Positions 57,290-64,000 of a stretch of 64,000 bases of DNA are shown here, piece after piece (the first letter of the stretch is position 1; each line of letters starts with the position of its first letter). This DNA comes from Elusimicrobiota bacterium (lineage in GTDB: Bacteria > Elusimicrobiota > Elusimicrobia > UBA1565 > UBA9628), in the NCBI GenBank assembly GCA_016207665.1, contig JACQPG010000024.1, positions 15,900 through 79,899 of the forward strand, in the 5' to 3' direction. Made by a program: the position numbers and the translations under genes. The notes below the pieces were generated by a model. That model searched no databases and was not told where the DNA came from. It was given only the letters and a program-made list of their open reading frames with translations.

Positions 57290-58686
57290 GCCCGCCGGGC
57301 GCCTAGCGGGACGGCGGCCGAACAGGAGCGTTCCAGCAGCTCCTTGGCCGCCCGATTGGCGCGCTCCGCGATCCAATTCTCGTCGCCGGTCAACAGCCGG
57401 CCCTGCTCGGCGATGATCTTGCCGTTGGCGATGGTCCAGCGGGTGCGGTGCGAGGTCCCGCAGAAAAGCAGCGCCGCCACCGGATCGGAAAGCGCGCCGG
57501 CATAATCGACAGTCCTCAGATCGAACACCGCCAGATCCGCCGCCTTTCCCGGGCCTATCCTTCCTATGTCATCGCGCCCCAGCACGGCCGCTCCTCCGCG
57601 AGTAGCCATCCAAAGCACGTCGCGAGCCGGCATGGAGGCGACCCCGCTGCGCACGCGATGGGCCAGCAGGCATTGGCGCAGCTCGCCCATCATGTCGCCG
57701 GAATCATTGGAGGCCGAGCCGTCCACCCCCAAGCCGACCGGCACGCCAGCGTCGAGGTAGTCCCGCACCGGCGCGATGCCCGAGCCCAGCCTGAAATTCG
57801 AGCTCGGGCAATGGGCCACCCCGGTCCTGGTCAGGGCCAGTTGACGGACCTCCTCGGGCTTGAGATGCACCATGTGGGCGAACCAGGCGTTGCCCTCCAG
57901 CCAGCCGACCGACTCGATGAATTCCAGCGGCCTCTGGTGATAGCGCTCGAGGCAATAAATCTCCTCATCCAAGGTCTCGGCCAAATGGGTATGGAGGCGT
58001 ACGTCCCAGCGCTTGGCCTGCTGGGCCGAGGTTCGCATCAGCTCGGGGCTTACCGAGAACGGAGCGCAAGGCGCCAGCCCCACCCGGCACATCGAGTAAG
58101 GGCCCGGGTCATGATAAGCCTTGACCAGGCGCTCGGCGTCCTTGAGTATCTCCTCCTCGTCCTGGGTCACGTCATCGGGGGGCAGACCTCCCTTGGATTG
58201 GCCCACGGACATCGAGCCGCGGGTGGGATGGAAACGTATGCCCAGGCGTCGGGCGGCCTCGATCTGCCGGTCGATGAGCTCGTTGGACGTTGCCCGCGGG
58301 AAAAGATAGGTATGATCGGAGCTGGTGGTGCAGCCGGTCAGCAAGAGCTCGGCTAGCCCCGCTTCGGCACCGGCCTCGGCGGATTCCGGAGTGAGATGTC
58401 TCCAGATCCCGTAATGATAGACCAACCAGTCGAAGAGCTTGGCGTTTTGAGCGGCGGGGAGATTGCGCGTGAGCACCTGGCAGAGATGATGATGGGTATT
58501 GACCAGCCCCGGCAGCACCACGCAGCCCCGGGCGTCGAGCACCTGGGCGGTGTCATCCTCCAGCCCACGACCGACCGCGATGATCACCCGGCCTTTGATC
58601 AAGACGTCCGCGTCGGCAAGTTCGGTCCTAGCATCGTCCATGAGGGCCACGCGCAGGGCGTTCTTGATCAGAAGCGGCGGACGCAT
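57286..58686 (-). CDS. 8-oxoguanine deaminase-like amidohydrolase
   Basis: PGLVNTHHHL.Q.LTR, RGSMS.G...GGLPPD, APC.PFSV, HTHLAET, GVDGSASND. Confidence 0.88.
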   Translation of the reverse strand: MRPPLLIKNALRVALMDDARTELADADVLIKGRVIIAVGRGLEDDTAQVLDARGCVVLPGLVNTHHHLCQVLTRNLPAAQNAKLFDWLVYHYGIWRHLTPESAEAGAEAGLAELLLTGCTTSSDHTYLFPRATSNELIDRQIEAARRLGIRFHPTRGSMSVGQSKGGLPPDDVTQDEEEILKDAERLVKAYHDPGPYSMCRVGLAPCAPFSVSPELMRTSAQQAKRWDVRLHTHLAETLDEEIYCLERYHQRPLEFIESVGWLEGNAWFAHMVHLKPEEVRQLALTRTGVAHCPSSNFRLGSGIAPVRDYLDAGVPVGLGVDGSASNDSGDMMGELRQCLLAHRVRSGVASMPARDVLWMATRGGAAVLGRDDIGRIGPGKAADLAVFDLRTVDYAGALSDPVAALLFCGTSHRTRWTIANGKIIAEQGRLLTGDENWIAERANRAAKELLERSCSAAVPLGARRA

Positions 58687-58823
58687 GATCAAGGATTTTA
58701 CAATACTGGAATCAAGGGGAGTTTAAAATTCTCTGGTATATCGTTAAAGAGATGGCGATTGCAGACTTTAGCAGGGTGATTTTCAATTTATGCCGATTTT
58801 TAAATTATTTTTTTCTCAAAACC

Positions 58824-58890
58824 TTGGCAGGCAAGATAGAAACAAAAAAGTGCTTTAAATTTTAGTAGAATTCGGACACAAGCCTGCCAA
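58824..58890. repeat. 9-bp inverted repeat around an AT-rich spacer
   Basis: TTGGCAGGC (58824-32) / GCCTGCCAA (58882-90), 49-bp spacer. Confidence 0.55.
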
Positions 58891-58948
58891 AAGCGAAGAT
58901 TATGGGGGGAGGTCCTTGGCCCTTTCATTTTTCCAGATCGATCGTATA

Positions 58949-59719
58949 TCAATCATTCGAATGGGGGATGAGTCCCGCCAAGCGTTCATAAAGGAATCCT
59001 GGCATGGGGCCCAGCACCAGTCGCATGAACCAAGCCATGGGAGCGGGAAAGGCCACCAGACGCTTCTTCGCCCGGATGCCATGCAATATGCGGCGAGCGC
59101 CGTCCTCGGTCTGGAGCAGGAAAGGCATTCGCCGGAAATCCCTCTTGGCCGTCAGCTCGCTCTTTATGTATCCCGGGCAGACGGTCACGATGCTGACTCC
59201 CGTGCCGCGCAGGTCCACTCGCAGTGACTCGAGCAGCACGTTGAGAGCGGCTTTGCTGGAGCAATAAGAGGCGGCGCGGGGCAATCCCCGCCAAGCTGCG
59301 AGGCTTGAGATCACGGCGATGGTGCCTTCTCGGGAGGCGAGCATGCCGGGCAGCACTCGTTCGATCCAATACGCCACGCCGAACACATTGATCGAGAACA
59401 GGTCCACGAAGCCCTTGGCCGAGAACTTGCGTCCGCTCGCCGAGCCGCCGACTCCCGAGTTCAGTATGGCCCAATCAAGGCCATCCCAGGCTTGGACGAT
59501 GCGGGCATAATGCTTCTCGGAGGAGGCGGGGTCGGCGACGTTACCGGGCAGTTCCAGGCATTCGGCGCCCAGGGCTCGGGCACGCCGGGCGACGTCGGCC
59601 AAGCGATCCTCGCGCCTGCCGGTCAGGGCCAGGCGGCAGCCCTCGCGTGCCAGTTGCAGGGCCATGGCCTCGCCGAGGCCCGAAGTGGCGCCGGTGATCA
59701 AGACGCGAAGACCTTTCAT
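58949..59719 (-). CDS. short-chain dehydrogenase/reductase
   Basis: TGATSGLG, ISS, YCSSK, PGYIKS. Confidence 0.92.
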   Translation of the reverse strand: MKGLRVLITGATSGLGEAMALQLAREGCRLALTGRREDRLADVARRARALGAECLELPGNVADPASSEKHYARIVQAWDGLDWAILNSGVGGSASGRKFSAKGFVDLFSINVFGVAYWIERVLPGMLASREGTIAVISSLAAWRGLPRAASYCSSKAALNVLLESLRVDLRGTGVSIVTVCPGYIKSELTAKRDFRRMPFLLQTEDGARRILHGIRAKKRLVAFPAPMAWFMRLVLGPMPGFLYERLAGLIPHSND

Positions 59720-61554
59720 GGGTTCTCTCTCCTGAGCGAGACTATAGGACAGTAAAGCCCCAACGGTTTTGCCCTCCACCAGCCGGGCTCTTTCCAGCTC
59801 GTGAATCGATAATCATGCAGGGTGGCGCGCAGGTATCTCGGCGGGCGATTGGGGAATGGATCGGTGGACAAAAGGTTTCGCACGGGCTTGGATCCCTGCA
59901 GCAGACGGAATAGGAAGTTGACGAACCAGGGGTTGTCCTGGCAGCGCGAGAGCGCGGCGAACCACATTTGCCAATCCAGGCGCGGTTGATGGGGCGCGAC
60001 GAAGGACGGTCTTTTTCCGGGATCGCCGGGCTTCCATTTGAATTCGTAACGCAGCCACGTTTTTCCATCGTCGCTTCCTTCGATCATTATCTCCGGACGC
60101 GAGGTGGTCATCACCGCGAAGAGGCCATAGCTGTTGACCAGCCTCAAGGGCTCGATCAAGCGCAGCGCCTTCCCGATGGGCTGGGGCAGGGAAAGGGGAA
60201 GACGCAGCAGCAAGGATAAGTGGAAGGCCGAGAACAACGCGACTAACGCCGCCAAGCAGGAGGCGCTCAGGCTCCGTATTCTCCCGGCGGAGCGAGGTGG
60301 AGGCGACTGCCAGTCTCGGGTCAAGCGATCGGGAAGAAGCCGCCGTATCATGGCATCATCGAACAGGAACAGGCAGAGCGAGGCGGCCAGCCAATTGAAA
60401 TAGCAATAATTCCCGGTCAGCGCTATGCCGGCTTGGAGGGCCAAGAAAAGGAGGCCGGCCAGGGCCCTGGGCTTCCTTGGGAGGAATATCAGGAAAGGGA
60501 CGGCTAACTCGATAAGGAACAGCCCGCCCGCGGAAAGCTGGTGGAAACGCGCCGGCAACTGATGGGCCCAATAGCCGATCCAGGTGGGAAGGGGCTGGGT
60601 CTCATAGTGGAAAGACAGCGCGGTCAGGCCGCTCCAACTCGGATCGCCGCTGGCCAGCTTGACCACGCCTGATTGGAACATCAAGCGGAAAAGGAGCCAG
60701 CGCAATAGCCACAGTCCAATGCCGGGAAAGGGCGATTGCGCGTTCCAGCGCGCCCGGAGTCTCCAGGGCGCGATCAAGGCCGCGATAAAGGAAGTCTCGA
60801 GCAAGAGCATGTCCCATTGAAAGCTCATGAATTCCTGTCCCGCGACCACAAGCGACAAGTAAAGCCCCCAGGACGCGGCCAGGCAGGGACCCATCAGGAA
60901 GCCGAAGAGAGCCAGCAGCGAGAGCAATGCGCCGGCCGCGCAGAGGCTCTCGAGAAAACGCGCGCTGGAGCCCAGCCAGGCGATCGTGGGCAGTCTCAGG
61001 TAGGAGCCCGCTCCGAGTTGGGCGTGGGCTGAGCGCAAATAATCCCCAGCCGGCAATATGCCGTCCGGGCCGGTCAAGCCGTCAGCTTGCAGGCCGAACG
61101 ATAAAAAGGCGCAAAGGAATATCAGAGCCAGCAACCTCAGGAACAGCCATTGCGGGAAGTGATAGGTGGACCGTTCCAGCTGCCGTCCCCAGAGCCAGAA
61201 GGTGAGGCTCGAAAACAGCGGGCGATTCTCGGCGACGCGGCGATAGACCCATTCGCTCGTCGGCGCGAAACCGGGCACGCTCCGATAGGCTTTCAGCCAA
61301 TACCCCTGGACGCCTCCCGCGTAGGCCAGGAGCCGGAACACCGCCTCGGCGCCGCGGCTGACCCGTCCCGGCTCGACGAGATGGACCGAACGAGACAACT
61401 GATCGGCGGGGATGTCCGGGAAACGCTGCGCCGCTTCCTGATAGGGCAGCCAGTCGACCTTGTCGCCGATCGCTTGCCGCCAGCGAAGCACCCAAAACCG
61501 GCAGAACCCGCATTCCCCGTCGTAAAGAAGCGCGGGCCGGCGGCGCACGTTCAA
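59716..61554 (-). CDS. DCC1-like thiol-disulfide domain fused to a lipase maturation factor (LMF) membrane protein
   Basis: YDGECGFC; FQWDMLLLE, G.VKL.SGD..W, HYETQPLP, TGNY, NSYGLFAVMT, PHQPRLDWQMWFAAL. Confidence 0.9.
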   Translation of the reverse strand: MNVRRRPALLYDGECGFCRFWVLRWRQAIGDKVDWLPYQEAAQRFPDIPADQLSRSVHLVEPGRVSRGAEAVFRLLAYAGGVQGYWLKAYRSVPGFAPTSEWVYRRVAENRPLFSSLTFWLWGRQLERSTYHFPQWLFLRLLALIFLCAFLSFGLQADGLTGPDGILPAGDYLRSAHAQLGAGSYLRLPTIAWLGSSARFLESLCAAGALLSLLALFGFLMGPCLAASWGLYLSLVVAGQEFMSFQWDMLLLETSFIAALIAPWRLRARWNAQSPFPGIGLWLLRWLLFRLMFQSGVVKLASGDPSWSGLTALSFHYETQPLPTWIGYWAHQLPARFHQLSAGGLFLIELAVPFLIFLPRKPRALAGLLFLALQAGIALTGNYCYFNWLAASLCLFLFDDAMIRRLLPDRLTRDWQSPPPRSAGRIRSLSASCLAALVALFSAFHLSLLLRLPLSLPQPIGKALRLIEPLRLVNSYGLFAVMTTSRPEIMIEGSDDGKTWLRYEFKWKPGDPGKRPSFVAPHQPRLDWQMWFAALSRCQDNPWFVNFLFRLLQGSKPVRNLLSTDPFPNRPPRYLRATLHDYRFTSWKEPGWWRAKPLGLYCPIVSLRRENP

Positions 61555-62225
61555 GGTGCTTGCGGCGAGCTCGGATCTTCGTCGGAAAGAAGCAGCTTCG
61601 GGGAGGGCACGTGATAGAAGTCGAGCGATCCGTCGCGGACCCGCATTCCGTAGCGAGTGCCGTTGATCGAGACGAACCAGCGGATGGCCGCCAACTCCTC
61701 GACCTTCCGGTGCGTCACCCAGTGCTGGCCCTCCAGGTCCTCGCGCAGAAGAGTGATTCCCCGGAGCTCGGGGCCTGGTTCATAGAGGAGGGAATATTCG
61801 ATCGGATGGAACGCGACCTTCAGGCCTTTGGCCAATATCCTCTTGCGAAGCTCGATCAGCTCGGTCGATATCCGCGGCTCGAAAGGCGGCTCCAGCGGCT
61901 CTATCTTGATCTGGCCCCGGCTGCCGCTGAAGAAGTAACGCTGATCCGGCAAGGAGAGCTCGACGCCGGCTTCGAGCGCGGAGTAGTCGACGACTACGGC
62001 CGAGCCGCGCTGGCGCGCTTTGAGCCATACCCGGTCCTGGGGGCTTCCAGGCATCGATCTGTCGATTTCAAGGAACAGGCACAGCTCGATCGTGGAGAGG
62101 CCCGCGGGCTTGGAGAGGCAGGCCTGCTCCTGCTGGGAGGCTATCTCGAGCAAGGGGACGCTGCGAAAGAGCCTCGGTTCGGCGGCGAAGGCCGAGCCCA
62201 TGAGCAAGATCAAGATCGATTGCAT
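61551..62225 (-). CDS. hypothetical secreted protein
   Basis: Signal peptide (AFA|A); TGCTATAAT 6 nt before the ATG. Confidence 0.65.
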   Translation of the reverse strand: MQSILILLMGSAFAAEPRLFRSVPLLEIASQQEQACLSKPAGLSTIELCLFLEIDRSMPGSPQDRVWLKARQRGSAVVVDYSALEAGVELSLPDQRYFFSGSRGQIKIEPLEPPFEPRISTELIELRKRILAKGLKVAFHPIEYSLLYEPGPELRGITLLREDLEGQHWVTHRKVEELAAIRWFVSINGTRYGMRVRDGSLDFYHVPSPKLLLSDEDPSSPQAP

Positions 62226-62332
62226 GTGCCGATTATAGCAAGGAGCGCACGGCGGCCGGCAATAAGATGTTACCCTCGCGACATCTCCCGGCGGTGAGCG
62301 TCGGCGCTATACTGCAAGAGGAGAGGCGCCGC

Positions 62333-63469
62333 ATGAGAGTGCAGTTGAGGTTGGGAAGCGTACTCGGAATCCCCATACAGCTCCATTACAGCTGGGCGGT
62401 GGTCGCGGCTCTGGTGGTCATCTCGTTGGCGCGCTTCTTCGATTTCGCGGAGCCGAAGTGGAGCGACTCGTTGACATGGACTCTGGCCGTGATCACCGCC
62501 GTCCTCTTTTTCGGATCCCTCGTGCTCCATGAGCTCGCTCACGCGGCGGTGGCGCGTTCCCGGGGGCTGTCGGTCCGGTCCATCACTCTCTTCGCCTTGG
62601 GCGGCGTGGCTCAGATCGGCAAGGACGCGGCCGATCCTCGCACCGAGTTTTGGATGGGCATCGTGGGGCCTTTGACCAGCGCCGCCATAGGGCTGCTCTG
62701 CCTAGGCGCGGCCGCGGCCATCGGCGCGGGGTCCGACGGTCCGGCCCTCGAGCCCGCGGGCGCCGTGTTGGCTTGGCTTGGGATCATCAACCTGGGTATC
62801 GCCGCCTTCAATATGATCCCGGGCTTTCCGCTGGATGGAGGGCGGGTCTTGCGCGCCATCGCCTGGTTTTGGACCGGCAACCTCATAAGGGCGACGCGGC
62901 TGGCGGCGCGCGTGGGAGAGCTGTGCGGCTATCTCCTGATCGTGTTCGGGCTCTACCGATTTTTCGGCGGCGCCGGCTTGCCCGGGTTGTGGCTGGCCTT
63001 TCTCGGCTGGTTCCTGCTGGAGGTGGCCAGCGGCAGCGCCGAGCAGACTCTGATGTCCGAGGCGATGCGTGGATTGACCGCGGCCGACGTCATGGCCAAG
63101 GAGCTGCCCACGGTCGATGGCCGCAAGGATCTAAGGGTCTTCATCGATGAGGACCTTCTGCGCACGGGGCGCAGGTATTTTCTCGTGCGGGGGGAGGGAG
63201 ACGGGCGCATCGACGGCGTCATCACATCCGACGAGGTCAGGACGGTCGAGCCGGGGCTTTGGAGCTCGATGACCGTGGGCAAGGCCATGTGGCCGATGGA
63301 CCGAATCAGGACCATCGCGCCCGAGACGCCCCTTTCCGAGGCCCTTGAGCTCATGAGCCGCGAGCAGTTCAGCCAGATTCCCGTGGCTCGAAACGGAAAG
63401 GTCGAGGGGTTGCTTGCCCGGGGCCAGATACTGAACCTCTGGCATGCCCGAGCGGAGATACAGGCCTAA
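62333..63469 (+). CDS. M50 site-2 protease with tandem CBS domains
   Basis: GIPI.LHYSW, LHELAH, LFALGGVA, FNMIPGFPLDGGR and a C-terminal CBS pair. Confidence 0.93.
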   Translation: MRVQLRLGSVLGIPIQLHYSWAVVAALVVISLARFFDFAEPKWSDSLTWTLAVITAVLFFGSLVLHELAHAAVARSRGLSVRSITLFALGGVAQIGKDAADPRTEFWMGIVGPLTSAAIGLLCLGAAAAIGAGSDGPALEPAGAVLAWLGIINLGIAAFNMIPGFPLDGGRVLRAIAWFWTGNLIRATRLAARVGELCGYLLIVFGLYRFFGGAGLPGLWLAFLGWFLLEVASGSAEQTLMSEAMRGLTAADVMAKELPTVDGRKDLRVFIDEDLLRTGRRYFLVRGEGDGRIDGVITSDEVRTVEPGLWSSMTVGKAMWPMDRIRTIAPETPLSEALELMSREQFSQIPVARNGKVEGLLARGQILNLWHARAEIQA

Positions 63470-63485
63470 TTTTTTTGGAGGAATC

Positions 63486-63698
63486 ATGCCCGAAAGAGCC
63501 ACCTTGGAGCGAGCCAGGCGCGCCCGGCGTCGCGGCAAGGTTCCGTACACCCAGGCGGGAGAGTTCGCGCGCGAGGAGTTCCGTCACGTGCGCCGGCGCA
63601 AGCATGGCGCCAGCGGCCGCAAGCAGGCCATCGCGATAGACCTGTCCAAGGCCCGCCGCGCTGGCATGCGCATTCCCGCCAAGCCGAAACGCTCCTGA
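63486..63698 (+). CDS. small basic protein (KQAIAI.LSKARR family)
   Basis: GGAGG SD; TQAGEF.REE, KHGA...KQAIAIDLSKARRAG. Confidence 0.7.
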   Translation: MPERATLERARRARRRGKVPYTQAGEFAREEFRHVRRRKHGASGRKQAIAIDLSKARRAGMRIPAKPKRS

Positions 63699-63739
63699 GC
63701 TCGGGGTTCCGGACCTTCGCACCGACCCCCGGCGGTTTT
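63699..63739 (+). terminator. possible intrinsic terminator
   Basis: GC-rich imperfect stem (GGGG/CCCC, CGG/CCG) followed by TTTT. Confidence 0.35.
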
Positions 63740-63753
63740 AGTAAGATAAGCGC

Positions 63754-64000
63754 GTGCAAGTTCTCGCGTTATTCCTTCCTGAAATCCGCGAGATGCTCAA
63801 GGCCCGGAATTACCGGTCGTTGAGGAAGCTTCTCGTCCAGGTCAATCCGGTGGATTTGGCGGAAGGTTGGCATCTCTTCGGCCCGCAGGAGCAGGCCGCG
63901 ATCTTCCGTCTCCTGCCGCGCCAGCGCGCGGCCCAGCTCTTCGAGGAACTGGAGACCCCGGAGCAGGAAGCCGTGCTCAATCACGTCAGAGAAGTCGACA
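63754..64000 (+). CDS. mgtE: MgtE magnesium transporter N-terminal domain (runs off the window; absent from the ORF track)
   Basis: Translated by hand from GTG 63754: VQVLALFLPEIREML...NPVDLAE...IFRLLP...AA.LFEELE...QE. Confidence 0.75.
   Translation, partial: MQVLALFLPEIREMLKARNYRSLRKLLVQVNPVDLAEGWHLFGPQEQAAIFRLLPRQRAAQLFEELETPEQEAVLNHVREVD

Noticed and set aside
58687-58900. purine riboswitch, oriC or dif site upstream of the deaminase
   Set aside because: The -10 box abuts the start codon; no purine aptamer core, DnaA boxes or Xer-site consensus seen

Overview
The window is bacterial, diderm and mostly GC-rich. An Elusimicrobia-like lineage is my impression from the style of the leader peptides and is not verified. 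It has three zones. (1) 1-27250 is a lower-GC surface-polysaccharide (O-antigen/capsule) locus in two convergent arms. It encodes Wzx, a Wzy/WaaL-type protein, three GT4s, a phosphoglycosyl transferase, PglF/WbpM, WbpD/E/I-like enzymes and many tailoring enzymes (three amidotransferase systems, formyl-, acetyl- and methyltransferases, WbqC). (2) 27250-36900 holds lhgO, pal-cpoB-tolB, two type II toxin-antitoxin pairs, gpmA, response regulators, a PAS-GGDEF cyclase and a DsbA/MauE pair. (3) 36900-50800 is the most unusual part, a cluster of leader-peptide-bearing proteolysis genes: a subtilisin, an unknown secreted protein, a LonC-type protease, a 2288-aa fusion of an M50 site-2 protease with a two-ring Clp/Hsp100 ATPase, a degenerate HATPase-like domain and a helical tail, and a small Cys-rich secreted protein. 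Their promoters share a repeated TAGGNCY-N3-GGNCC-like motif at about 24-bp spacing. The remainder is housekeeping (ahcY, yaeQ, an aminotransferase, lpxL-like, RRM, an orphan hicA, a deaminase, an SDR, DCC-LMF, M50-CBS and the start of mgtE). Many genes look leaderless. I saw no tRNA, rRNA, CRISPR array, integrase or transposase. All calls come from reading motifs by eye, with no database search.
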